A DNA stretch of 32,000 nucleotides from Massilicoli timonensis (GTDB lineage: Bacteria; Bacillota_I; Bacilli_A; Erysipelotrichales; Erysipelotrichaceae). Positions 15,912 through 24,792 of the stretch are shown in pieces. A program made the translations under genes and the position numbers. Location: assembly GCF_900199515.1 (NCBI RefSeq), contig NZ_LT963434.1, positions 1,592,180-1,624,179 of the forward strand, in the 5' to 3' direction. The notes below the pieces were generated by a model. It had not been told where the DNA came from, ran no database searches, and saw only the letters and a program-made list of their open reading frames with translations. Positions within the stretch are counted from its first letter, which is position 1, and each line of letters starts with the position of its first letter.

Positions 15912-17096
15912 ATGATGAGGAGGGATGAAAGATTGCAATGCAGCCGATGTGGAAATCGGGATCCACGCTATTTTTGGAAAGACGGCAAGCAGATCTATTG
16001 TCGTAAATGTGTGAATTTTGGAAGGGTCGATCTTGGTGAGCCGCTTGTTCCTTATGCCTCCAAATCACGTAAATGTGTCTGTGATGTGCAGTTGGATTTT
16101 CCTTTGACGAAGTATCAGCAGGCAGTGATCAGACAACTAAATGACGATTTGCGAGAAGGACATGATGTGTTTGTATATGCGGCGTGCGGTGCGGGCAAGA
16201 CGGAAATCGTGATGGAGAGCATAGCGCGATATCTCAAGGAAGGCAAACGGGTGGGGTTTGCCATATCGCGAAGACAGGTCGTGCTTGAGATTTGCGAACG
16301 GATGCGCAAAGCATTTCCGCAAATCAGGGTGGTCGCGGTTTGTGAGGGCTATACAGATCAAACTGACGGCGATCTGATCGTTTGTACCATGCATCAGCTG
16401 TATCGCTATTATCGGGGATTTGACCTGTTGATCATGGATGAAGTGGATGCGTTTCCTTTTCGCGATAATGAGATGCTGGAAAAAATTGCGGAAAGCGCCT
16501 GTGTCGGGCAGCGGATCTATTTGAGTGCGACGCCGGATGAAAGGGATCTGAAAAGAGTGGAAGCAGGAGAATTGAAAATGGTAGAGCTGTTTCGGCGTCC
16601 GCATGGCTATCCATTGGTCGAACCGCGCATCATTTCCGCACCGCCGGCAGTGCAGGCGTGTTTTCTGCTTTCTTTTATCAGAAGGCATCAGAAACAACAT
16701 AAGCCGTTTTTGTTATTTGTGCCGACGATCACATGCGCAGCGTATTTTGAAAAGATCCTGTCGCTTTTTGGTCGCTGCCGCGCCTTTACCTCCAAGACAA
16801 TAGAAAAAGAAAGACTGGTGGCAGAACTGCGCGCATATGAATTAGAGTTTTTGATCTGCACGACCGTATTGGAGCGTGGCATTACGATTCACGGTGTTGA
16901 TGTGGTGATATGGAAAAGCGATCATCCTGTTTTTCATGAAGCAAGCTTGATCCAAATGATCGGCAGGGTGGGAAGAAGCATAACGATGCCAAGCGGAGAA
17001 GGATTATTTCTTTGTACCCGTAAAACAACTGCGATCAAACGCTGTGCAAGGGCGCTGAGAAAAATGAATGAGGAAGGGGATATATGCGTAAATTAA
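15912..17096 (+). CDS. comFA: Competence helicase ComFA (DEAD/DEAH-box ATPase with N-terminal zinc-finger)
   Basis: 394 aa with N-terminal CxxC..CxxC (CSRCGNRD..YCRKC), Walker A (AACGAGKTE), a DEVD box and helicase C motifs (..ERGIT..GRVGRS). It is followed by an overlapping comFC. An alternative TTG start lies a few codons downstream. Confidence 0.85.
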   Translation: MMRRDERLQCSRCGNRDPRYFWKDGKQIYCRKCVNFGRVDLGEPLVPYASKSRKCVCDVQLDFPLTKYQQAVIRQLNDDLREGHDVFVYAACGAGKTEIVMESIARYLKEGKRVGFAISRRQVVLEICERMRKAFPQIRVVAVCEGYTDQTDGDLIVCTMHQLYRYYRGFDLLIMDEVDAFPFRDNEMLEKIAESACVGQRIYLSATPDERDLKRVEAGELKMVELFRRPHGYPLVEPRIISAPPAVQACFLLSFIRRHQKQHKPFLLFVPTITCAAYFEKILSLFGRCRAFTSKTIEKERLVAELRAYELEFLICTTVLERGITIHGVDVVIWKSDHPVFHEASLIQMIGRVGRSITMPSGEGLFLCTRKTTAIKRCARALRKMNEEGDICVN

Positions 17097-17818
17097 CACT
17101 TAAAATAGGAAAATTGAAGCAGGATCGAACTTCCTATATGACCGCATTTTGGCTTTGGATCAGGCAGATCGGAAAACGCAGGCCGATTCCGTTTTGTCGC
17201 ATTTGCATCGGCGAGCTTGATCGAGCACAGCCGCTTTGCTCCTATTTGTTTTCAAAAGAAGTGATCTGTCATGTCTGTAAAGAAACTTATTTCCACTGTA
17301 TTTATCAAAAGCTGACACTTTCACAATATCCGATGTGGGCGCTTTATACATATGACGATGCCTTGGAAAGTCTGATTTACCGCTATAAAGAACAAAGAGA
17401 TATTGCGCTTGCACCGGTCTTTTTACATGATTTCAGACATAAGATAGAAAGACGATATGCGGACCATACGATCGTAACGATGCCCTCCTCAGAAGCAAAG
17501 ATCAAAGAGCGCGGCTTTCATCATTTAGAGGAAATGTTGAAAGAGATCCGTTTGCCGATTTGTCCCTGTCTGCGCAAAACAGCGCCGATCAAACAGGCCA
17601 AGCAGGGAAAAAAGCGCCGTTTGGAAATCGCCGCTTATATCGAACTGGATCCGAATCTTGCTTTGCCGGACACAGCGCTCCTTTTGTTTGATGATGTGTG
17701 TACCAGCGGTTCTACATTGCGGGCGGCGTGTGAATTGCTGAAGCAGCACCCGTATCCGATCGAAGTGCTGGTGCTCAGCGTACATCCGCTGTATGTCGAA
17801 AATTGCGGTCAGTTTTGA
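17084..17818 (+). CDS. comFC: ComFC (ComF-family phosphoribosyltransferase-like competence protein)
   Basis: 244 aa with N-terminal Cys pairs (CRIC...CHVC) and a PRTase-type motif (LLLFDDVCTSGSTLRAA). It overlaps comFA by 13 nt. GAGGAAGGGG RBS. Confidence 0.85.
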   Translation: MRKLTLKIGKLKQDRTSYMTAFWLWIRQIGKRRPIPFCRICIGELDRAQPLCSYLFSKEVICHVCKETYFHCIYQKLTLSQYPMWALYTYDDALESLIYRYKEQRDIALAPVFLHDFRHKIERRYADHTIVTMPSSEAKIKERGFHHLEEMLKEIRLPICPCLRKTAPIKQAKQGKKRRLEIAAYIELDPNLALPDTALLLFDDVCTSGSTLRAACELLKQHPYPIEVLVLSVHPLYVENCGQF

Positions 17819-18031
17819 TTGTATCGTCAAAGGGTTGCGGCTATACTAGAAATAGGGGCAAGCCGGAAAGGAGAAACGAGATGAAAGACAAATAAAAGCA
17901 GTCTGATCGTGAAAACAGAGTCGAAAAAAGAATGATCCGCTCATAGGAAGGCGCATAAGAGCAGTGGTCGTATGACGCGATAGGACAAGCAGGTAGTTCC
18001 ATAAGCAAAGGAAGCATGCAAAGCATCGTGA

Positions 18032-18060
18032 TTGCATGGTAAAATGAAATTTACTATAAT
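18032..18060 (+). promoter_or_regulatory. Putative sigma-A promoter of the cold-shock gene
   Basis: TTGCAT, a 17-nt spacer, then TATAAT. The -10 element ends 26 nt before the ATG. Confidence 0.5.
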
Positions 18061-18086
18061 GTAGAAAAGAAAGGATTTTTAATATT

Positions 18087-18284
18087 ATGCAAGGAAAAGT
18101 AAAAATGTTTCAGCCGGCAAAAGGCTATGGTTTTATCATCAGTGAAGATGGAAAGGAAGTATTTTTCCACTATTCACAGTTATTGATGGAAGGATATAAA
18201 ACGATTGATCCGGACACGGCGGTTGAATTTGAAATCGTTGAAACGGAACGTGGCTTACAGGCAAACAATATCGTTAAACTGTAA
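18087..18284 (+). CDS. Cold-shock domain protein (CspA family)
   Basis: 65 aa. MQGKVKMFQPAKGYGFIISEDGKEVFFHYSQL.. contains RNP1-like KGYGFI and RNP2-like VFFHY. The gene has its own promoter and terminator. Confidence 0.9.
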   Translation: MQGKVKMFQPAKGYGFIISEDGKEVFFHYSQLLMEGYKTIDPDTAVEFEIVETERGLQANNIVKL

Positions 18285-18295
18285 ATAGCAAAATG

Positions 18296-18336
18296 ACAGA
18301 TGGGGACACATGAATGGTGCGCGCCATCTGTTTTTT
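18296..18336 (+). terminator. Rho-independent terminator after csp
   Basis: ACAGATGG / CCATCTGT 8-bp stem with a 20-nt loop, followed by T6. Confidence 0.6.
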
Positions 18337-18445
18337 AGAAAAAGGGAAATTCCGTAAGCTTTCAAAATGAAAGGACACTAGGAATAGGTGGATCCGCATT
18401 TCTTTGATACAAACCCGCTTTTTTGTTTTCATCGCAAAGGGTTTA

Positions 18446-18454
18446 TGGTATAAT
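18446..18454 (+). promoter_or_regulatory. Extended -10 promoter element upstream of secA
   Basis: TGgTATAAT lies about 60 nt upstream of the secA ATG. The -35 is weak. Confidence 0.4.
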
Positions 18455-18514
18455 TTAACATGCGTTAATATAGGAAAAAATCACTTGATCGTTAAGTGAA
18501 ATGGAGGACTGACC

Positions 18515-20854
18515 ATGGGAATTATGAATGCTTTATTCAGTGGTGATAAAAAAAGGCTGAAGCAGTTAGAAAAAAAAGCAAATGAAATCAATGCGCTGGC
18601 ATCGCAAATGGAAGCGCTGAGCGATGCGGCGCTGAAAGAAAAGACAGATGAGTTTAAGCGCCGTTATCAAGAAGGCGAAACATTAGATGATTTATTGGTG
18701 GAAGCCTATGCGGTTGCCCGTGAAGCCAGTCGCCGTGTGATCGGTGAATATCCATATCTGGTACAGATCATGGGTGCAGTCGCTATGCACGGCGGTGATA
18801 TTGCGGAAATGAAGACCGGTGAAGGAAAAACGCTGACATCGGTAATGTGCGTTTATTTGAATGCTTTGACGCAGAAAGGCGTGCACGTTGTTACCGTCAA
18901 TGAATATTTAGCAGAACGTGATGCGACATGGATGGGCCAGATCTATTCGTTTTTAGGATTGAGTGTCGGCTTTAATAAACGTGAATTCAGTGCGCGGCAG
19001 AAACGGGAAGCCTATGCGTGCGATATTACTTATACGACCAATTCAGAACTCGGCTTCGACTATCTGCGCGACAATATGGTAACAGATGTAAAGGATCGTG
19101 TGATGCGCGGTCTGCATGTGGCGATCGTCGATGAAGTCGATTCCATTTTGATCGATGAGTCGCGTACCCCGTTGATTATTTCCGGCGGAGCGAAAAAAAC
19201 CGCTAATTTATACATCCAGGCGGATCAGTTTGCGAAACGCTTAAAGAAATCAGATTATGAGATCGATGAAAAAACGCGGCAGGTCATGCTGAGCGAGGAT
19301 GGTGTACGTACAGCTGAACGCTATTTCAAGGTGAAGAATTTATATGATGTGGAACATACCCAGTTGGTGCATCATATTTCACAGGCGATGAAAGCAAACT
19401 ATATTATGATGAAAGATGTGGAATATGTCGTTGCCGATGATGAGATCGTCATCGTCGATCAGTTTACCGGACGTCTGATGAAAGGACGTGCGTACAGCGA
19501 TGGTCTGCATCAGGCAATCGAAGCCAAAGAGGGCGTGCGGATCAAAGAAGAAACCAGTACGCTGGCAACGATCACTTATCAGAATTTTTTCCGTTTGTAT
19601 GAAAAACTGTGCGGTATGACCGGTACGGCCAAAACGGAAGAAGAGGAATTTTTATCGATTTACAACATGCGGGTCATTGAGATTCCGACCAATCGTCCGA
19701 TTGCCCGAATCGACTATCCGGATGCGATCTATGCGACGCCGCAGTTAAAATTCAACGCGTTGGTAGAAGAAGTGGCGAAGCTGTATGATCGCGGACAGCC
19801 GGTGCTGGTCGGCACGATTTCGGTAGAAGTCAGTGAACTGGTGTCGTCGATGTTACAGAAGCGGCGTATCAAGCACGAAGTATTAAATGCGAAAAACCAT
19901 GCGCGTGAAGCGGAGATCATTGCGAAGGCCGGACAGGTCAAAGCGGTTACGATCGCAACCAATATGGCGGGGCGCGGTACGGATATTAAATTGTCCGAGG
20001 AATCACGAGCGCTTGGCGGTTTGGCGGTATTAGGCAGTGAACGTCATGAATCACGGCGTATCGACAATCAGCTGCGTGGACGAAGCGGCCGTCAGGGAGA
20101 TCCGGGCTATTCCCGTTTCTATGTATCGGTGCGCGATCAGCTGATGGTGCGCTTTGGCGGCGATAAGCTGGAAACGCTTTTTAAGACGCTGGGCGATCAA
20201 CAGATCGAATCAAAATTAGTAACCAAATCGATCACACAGGCACAGCGCCGTGTAGAAGGCTATAACTTTGATGTGCGTAAACAGCTTTTGGAATATGATG
20301 ACGTGCTACGTCAACAGCGTGAAATCATGTATGATCAGCGTAATTTCGTACTGGAAAATGATGATGTGCATGGCATCGTACATGATATGATGGATCGTGT
20401 CTTACAGAATGTCGTACAGGCGAATACGCTGCAAAGCAATCACAGCACCCAAGTGCAGACTGATTCTTTGATGCAGGGGCTTGAAGTATTGGGCTTTGAC
20501 GCTCATCTGATCAGTGCCGATGAGTTAAACGGCAAGGAAGCAGAGGAAGCGGCGGCTTATTTAAGCGAAAAAGCATGGAATCAGTACAATGAGAAGATCG
20601 CGGATATTAAAGAGCAGTTTTTACCGTTTGAAAAAAATATCGTATTGCGGAACATGGACCGCAACTGGATCGAGCATATTGACATGATGTCAAAGCTGCG
20701 TGATGGCATTCATCTGCGTTCCTATGCACAAGACAATCCGCTTCAGGCCTATGTCAATGAGGGCTATGAAATGTTTGAGGAAATGATGCAGCGGATCGCC
20801 AGAGAAGTCGTGTTCTTTACCTTAAAGATCCAGATCGAAAGGAAGGAAGCATAA
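18515..20854 (+). CDS. secA: Preprotein translocase ATPase SecA
   Basis: 779 aa with canonical SecA motifs (..MKTGEGKTL.., ..VTVNEYLA.RD.., ..DEVDSILIDE.RTPLIISG.., ..TNMAGRGTDI.LG.., ..RID.QLRGRSGRQGDPG.S.F..). The protein ends ..KIQIERKEA with no Cys-rich zinc-binding tail. GGAGG RBS. Confidence 0.97.
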   Translation: MGIMNALFSGDKKRLKQLEKKANEINALASQMEALSDAALKEKTDEFKRRYQEGETLDDLLVEAYAVAREASRRVIGEYPYLVQIMGAVAMHGGDIAEMKTGEGKTLTSVMCVYLNALTQKGVHVVTVNEYLAERDATWMGQIYSFLGLSVGFNKREFSARQKREAYACDITYTTNSELGFDYLRDNMVTDVKDRVMRGLHVAIVDEVDSILIDESRTPLIISGGAKKTANLYIQADQFAKRLKKSDYEIDEKTRQVMLSEDGVRTAERYFKVKNLYDVEHTQLVHHISQAMKANYIMMKDVEYVVADDEIVIVDQFTGRLMKGRAYSDGLHQAIEAKEGVRIKEETSTLATITYQNFFRLYEKLCGMTGTAKTEEEEFLSIYNMRVIEIPTNRPIARIDYPDAIYATPQLKFNALVEEVAKLYDRGQPVLVGTISVEVSELVSSMLQKRRIKHEVLNAKNHAREAEIIAKAGQVKAVTIATNMAGRGTDIKLSEESRALGGLAVLGSERHESRRIDNQLRGRSGRQGDPGYSRFYVSVRDQLMVRFGGDKLETLFKTLGDQQIESKLVTKSITQAQRRVEGYNFDVRKQLLEYDDVLRQQREIMYDQRNFVLENDDVHGIVHDMMDRVLQNVVQANTLQSNHSTQVQTDSLMQGLEVLGFDAHLISADELNGKEAEEAAAYLSEKAWNQYNEKIADIKEQFLPFEKNIVLRNMDRNWIEHIDMMSKLRDGIHLRSYAQDNPLQAYVNEGYEMFEEMMQRIAREVVFFTLKIQIERKEA

Positions 20855-21955
20855 TGGAACTTTATGAATTAAAGCAAGGAGTGGAAACTCACCTAACTAA
20901 GTTATCTCAGTTAGGTGAGTCACTTTGACTTAGCTGCGAAAAGACATAAAATCGAAGAATTGACTGCAGCAACGATGGCAGCGCATTTCTGGGAAGATCC
21001 AACGAAAGCGCAGCATACGCTCCAGCAGTTAAACGGCTTAAATCAAGTCGTGCAGACATATGATGATTTAGAAAAAGCATTGCAGGATTTGCGAGATGCC
21101 TATGTTTTACTGAAAGAAGAATATGACGAAGAAATCATGGCGATCAGTGAACAGGATTATCAGGAAATGCTGAAGCAGTTTGAACATTTTGAGATTACGG
21201 TGCTGCTTTCTCATGAATACGATCATTCTAATGCGATCGTGGAAATTCATCCGGGAGCAGGCGGAACCGAGTCGATGGATTGGGCGGAGATGCTTTACCG
21301 CATGTATTCCCGATGGGCCGCATCGCATGGTTATAAAGTAAGCGTACTGGATTATTTGGCAGGTGAGGTTGCCGGTATCAAATCGGTTACGATGCTGATC
21401 GAAGGTGATCTGGCATATGGCTATCTGAAATCGGAAAAAGGCGTGCATCGACTTGTCAGAATTTCACCGTTTGATTCCGGAGGCAGAAGACATACTTCAT
21501 TTACTTCGCTCGATGTTATGCCGCAGTTCAACAATGAGATCGAGATCGAAATCCGTCCGGAGGATATTGAAGTCGATACGCATCGGGCCAGCGGTGCCGG
21601 CGGACAGCATATCAATAAAACGGATTCTGCCGTGCGGATCGTGCATAAGCCGACCGGACTGGTTGCGACTTGTCAAAGCGGACGTTCGCAGCATGAAAAC
21701 CGAGAAGCGGCAATGAATATGTTGAAGAGCCGCCTTTATCAGAAAATGATCGAGGAACAGGAGGCAAAACTGGCAGAAATCAAGGGCGAACAGAAAGCGA
21801 TCGAATGGGGTTCGCAGATTCGCTCCTATGTATTTCATCCTTATTCGCTTGTCAAAGATGTGCGCACCGGTTATGAAACGACCAATGTGCAGGGAGTCAT
21901 GGACGGCGAGATCGATGATTTTATCTATGCTTATTTGAAAAAACAGGTCAATTAA
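20854..21955 (+). CDS. prfB: Peptide chain release factor 2, expressed via a programmed +1 frameshift
   Basis: Frame 0 starts at the ATG at 20854, which overlaps the secA TAA as TAATG. It encodes MELYELKQGVETHLTKLSQLGESL and stops at the TGA at 20926. The +1 frame continues DLAAKRHKIEEL... to 21955 and contains ..SPFDSGGRRHTSF.. and the GGQ motif (..RASGAGGQHINKT..). Confidence 0.95.
20911..20929 (+). promoter_or_regulatory. RF2 autoregulatory frameshift site
   Basis: TTAGGTGAGTCA CTT TGA C is the canonical CUU UGA C slippery/stop context. It is preceded by an internal Shine-Dalgarno-like AGGTGA with a 3-nt spacing. Confidence 0.9.
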
Positions 21956-21963
21956 ACAAAAAA

Positions 21964-22017
21964 ACAAGTGCGAAAAGTGTTTAGAAAGATGGGAAACACA
22001 TGACGGCGCTTGTTTTC
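21964..22017 (+). terminator. Putative terminator after prfB (compound hairpin)
   Basis: An outer stem (ACAAGTGC / GCGCTTGT, 8 bp with one G-U) encloses an inner stem (GTGTTT / AAACAC), followed by TTTTCT. Confidence 0.45.
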
Positions 22018-22196
22018 TATTATCCTATCGTATCATGATAGCAGGAATGAATTTAGAGTGATGTGGAAAGATCATGTATGAACATGGATGAGGATTGACA
22101 GATGAAAACGGATCGTCCCGGTCGAATAGGTATAAAAAAACAGGTGAAATACGATATAATAGGATCAACAAATACGAATTTGCGGAGGTGAGCTGT

Positions 22197-22565
22197 ATGG
22201 ATATCAAAAAATTCTTTGATGCTGTCATATCACAAAATGAGGAAGAATTGAAAAAGTATTTTCATAAAAATGCATGCATTAAATGGCATTGCACCAACGA
22301 ACGATTTCATGTAGAGGAATATATAAAAGCAAATTGTGAGTACCCAAATGATTGGAATGGGGAAATAGAACGTATTGAAAAATTCAATGATACAGTGATT
22401 CTGGCTTGTAGAGTATTTCCTGTTGATAACAGTGCATCGTTTCATGTAGTAAGTTTTATTCGTATCAAAGATCATTTGATTGCAGAGATGGATGAATATT
22501 GGTCTGATGATGGAGCGGCGCCGGAATGGCGTAGAAAAATGAAGATAGGCACAACGATTAAATAA
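22197..22565 (+). CDS. NTF2-like / SnoaL-like small protein (function unknown)
   Basis: The ORF track starts at 22095. I prefer the ATG at 22197 (MDIKKFFDAVISQNEEELKKYF..), which follows a strong GGAGGTGA RBS. The protein is 122 aa. The pattern ..F..V....I...DEYW.D...P.WR is typical of nuclear-transport-factor-2-family proteins. Confidence 0.6.
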   Translation: MDIKKFFDAVISQNEEELKKYFHKNACIKWHCTNERFHVEEYIKANCEYPNDWNGEIERIEKFNDTVILACRVFPVDNSASFHVVSFIRIKDHLIAEMDEYWSDDGAAPEWRRKMKIGTTIK

Positions 22566-22627
22566 AACTCAGTTTGCATAACGCATTAACAACGGAATCA
22601 TAGTTACATTTATAGCAGCACGATCGA

Positions 22628-22660
22628 GAAGGACTCCAGAAACGGACTTCCTTCTTTTCT
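22628..22660 (+). terminator. Putative rho-independent terminator after the NTF2-like gene
   Basis: GAAGGA-c-TCC, loop agaaac, then GGA-ct-TCCTTC (a 6+3 bp stem with a small internal loop), followed by TTTT. Confidence 0.45.
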
Positions 22661-23150
22661 TGTGCCTAAGATACAAAAGGGAATTTCTTTTATACTGATT
22701 ACGATTACATTCACAACTGAATGACTTCTGGATATGTTCAGATAAAGCAGGCTGTATTTGCAAAGCATTCCAAAGAAAATGCCCTGCGATCAAATGCAAC
22801 AAAAGGAGAAGCAAGAACTATGAACAGGCGTGATGATTCTTATTCAGCCCGAACAGGCAAAGCAGCTTTTATCGTCAATAGGAAGAAACCTTCGGAAACG
22901 GTGTTTCAAGAAAGATGTCGCCATAAGATGTCAGGGGATTTTCAGCGGATAAACAGGTAAGTTTAGAAGATTTGCGAAAATCACCCAGACAAATTCGATC
23001 CTGATGAAATGAATCACACAAAGCAAGTATTTCACGGAATAAATAACGATATCAAATAGCAATCAAACCATAAATCAGACAGAATTGTTTGATATGTAAA
23101 GAATTTCCTATGTGAAAATATGGGAAGGGGTAAAAAAAAGAAATGCTTTA

Positions 23151-23159
23151 TGTTATAAT
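23151..23159 (+). promoter_or_regulatory. Extended -10 promoter element upstream of ftsE
   Basis: TGtTATAAT lies 31 nt upstream of the preferred ftsE ATG. There is no clear -35. Confidence 0.4.
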
Positions 23160-23189
23160 ACAAAAGATGGAATGAATAGGAGGGACGTT

Positions 23190-23879
23190 ATGATTGTATT
23201 GGAGAACGTTTCCAAAGAATATAAAAACGGTGTTCATGCGCTTCGCAATGTGAATTTAACGATCGAAGACGCAGAATTTGTATATGTGATCGGTCCTACC
23301 GGATCGGGAAAATCCACTTTGATCAAACTGCTGGATGGGGAAGAGATCCCATCTTCTGGAAGAGTATTGGTCGATGATGTCGATGTCGGGAAGTTAAAGC
23401 ATGCAAAAGTGCCGATTTATCGGCGCAATATCGGTGTCGTGTTTCAGGATTTCCGTTTGTTGCCGAGCATGACGGTGTTTGAAAACATCGCTTTTGCGAT
23501 GGAGTGTGTCGGCGAAAGCAAAGTGAATATTCGCAAGCGGGTAAGAGAAGTGCTGGAACTTGTTTCCCTTTCTGATAAAGCCAAAGCCTTTCCAAGCGAA
23601 CTTTCAGGCGGTCAGCAGCAGCGTGCGACGATCGGCAGAGCCATCGCCAATCGCCCTAAGGTTTTGATCGCCGATGAACCGACCGGCAATCTCGATCCGG
23701 AAAAATCCATTGAGATCATGGAACTGCTGGAGCGCATCAACGAGGAAGAACATACGACGATCCTGATGGTAACGCATGACAGCACCATCGTAAATAAGTT
23801 AAAAAAACGCACCATTGCTTTAGAGGAAGGCTATATCGTTGCGGATATCATGAAGGGAGGCTATTTGCAGCATGATTAA
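23190..23879 (+). CDS. ftsE: Cell-division ABC ATPase FtsE
   Basis: The ORF track starts at 23112. I prefer the ATG at 23190 (MIVLENVSKEY..), which follows an AGGAGGG RBS. The protein is 229 aa with Walker A (GPTGSGKST), the signature LSGGQQQR and Walker B (LIADEPTGNLD). It overlaps ftsX by 8 nt. Confidence 0.93.
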   Translation: MIVLENVSKEYKNGVHALRNVNLTIEDAEFVYVIGPTGSGKSTLIKLLDGEEIPSSGRVLVDDVDVGKLKHAKVPIYRRNIGVVFQDFRLLPSMTVFENIAFAMECVGESKVNIRKRVREVLELVSLSDKAKAFPSELSGGQQQRATIGRAIANRPKVLIADEPTGNLDPEKSIEIMELLERINEEEHTTILMVTHDSTIVNKLKKRTIALEEGYIVADIMKGGYLQHD

Positions 23880-24792
23880 ACTGATCAAAAGCATCCCGTT
23901 TCATGTGAAATCAGCAGGCAAGAGCGTTATCCGTCATCTTGCTTTGACAATTTCCAGCTCCTCGGCAGTCATGGTTACCTTATTACTGATGTCTTTGTTT
24001 TTGCTGATCGCCGGCAACATCGGCGCATTTACCAAAAACATTGAAGAAGGACTGGGCATATTAGCAGAAATTGATGACAGTGTGAGCGAGCAGGCAGATT
24101 TAGATGCGCTGCAGCAGGAAATCGAAGCACTGCCGCATGTAGAAGCCGTGTCCTTTTCTAGTAAAGATGAACAGTTAGACCGCTTTATCAGCAATCAGGA
24201 CAAATCGGCACAATCTCTGTATGAAGCTTATCGCGGAGAAGGAAATCCGCTGCATGCGGCTTTCGATGTATCGGTGGATGATGGAAAAAACTTAGAAACG
24301 GTGCAGAAAGCACTTGAGAAAATGGAAGGCAGGATCGTAAAGGCTGATTTTGGCGGAACGACGACTTCTGATCTGGTAGATGGATTGTCCACGGTCCGCA
24401 TTGCCGGAGGGGCGCTTACCTTGGTATTAAGCTGTCTGGCGATCTTCTTGATTTCCAATACGATCAAAACGACGATTTACAGCCGCAGTCATGAAATTGC
24501 GATCATGCGTAATGTCGGTGCGACAAACGGCTTTATTAAAATGCCGTTTATGATCGAAGGCATGATCATCGGACTGATCGGCGCAATCATTCCGATGCTG
24601 ATCACTTTCTTCGGTTATCGCTATTTATATGGTGTTACCGGTGGTAAAGTGCTGAGCAGTGCCATGTTTACGCTGCAGCCGATCTATCCGTTTGTGCTTC
24701 AGGTTTGCGGATTGCTGTTATTAGCGGGTATCGTGGTCGGCTTGGTAGGCAGCTTCCTTGCGGTTACAAAGTATTTGAGGTGGAAACGATGA
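23872..24792 (+). CDS. ftsX: Cell-division permease-like protein FtsX
   Basis: 306 aa with the topology TM1, a large extracellular domain, then three C-terminal TMs. The ..IAIMRNVGATNGFI..PF..EG.. motif is typical of FtsX. It is adjacent to ftsE. Confidence 0.9.
   Translation: MIKLIKSIPFHVKSAGKSVIRHLALTISSSSAVMVTLLLMSLFLLIAGNIGAFTKNIEEGLGILAEIDDSVSEQADLDALQQEIEALPHVEAVSFSSKDEQLDRFISNQDKSAQSLYEAYRGEGNPLHAAFDVSVDDGKNLETVQKALEKMEGRIVKADFGGTTTSDLVDGLSTVRIAGGALTLVLSCLAIFLISNTIKTTIYSRSHEIAIMRNVGATNGFIKMPFMIEGMIIGLIGAIIPMLITFFGYRYLYGVTGGKVLSSAMFTLQPIYPFVLQVCGLLLLAGIVVGLVGSFLAVTKYLRWKR

Noticed and set aside
16137-16700. 187-aa minus-strand ORF (plus 60-66 aa neighbours) antisense to comFA
   Set aside because: These are shadow ORFs within a gene that has clear helicase motifs on the plus strand.
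17841-18037. Two overlapping 61-63 aa minus-strand ORFs in the comFC-csp spacer
   Set aside because: They are pyrimidine-rich complements of a purine-rich spacer, Cys/Phe/Leu-rich, with no RBS. They run into the csp promoter.
21497-21967. 156-aa minus-strand ORF and several 64-113 aa ORFs overlapping prfB
   Set aside because: prfB is unambiguous (GGQ and SPF motifs). The antisense and alternate-frame ORFs lack start-site signals.
22569-22814. 81-aa minus-strand ORF in the prfB-ftsE gap
   Set aside because: It has no RBS and a leucine/arginine-rich odd composition. It overlaps the putative terminator of the NTF2-like gene and the opposite-strand 79-aa ORF. I kept it only as part of the unexplained-interval finding.
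23112-23189. N-terminal extensions in the ORF track for ftsE (23112), the M23 gene (24705), the NTF2-like gene (22095), the wHTH-LicC gene (14827) and the acyltransferase (6401)
   Set aside because: In each case an internal ATG with a well-spaced AGGAGG-type RBS gives an N-terminus matching the family. The extension overlaps the upstream gene or has implausible composition.
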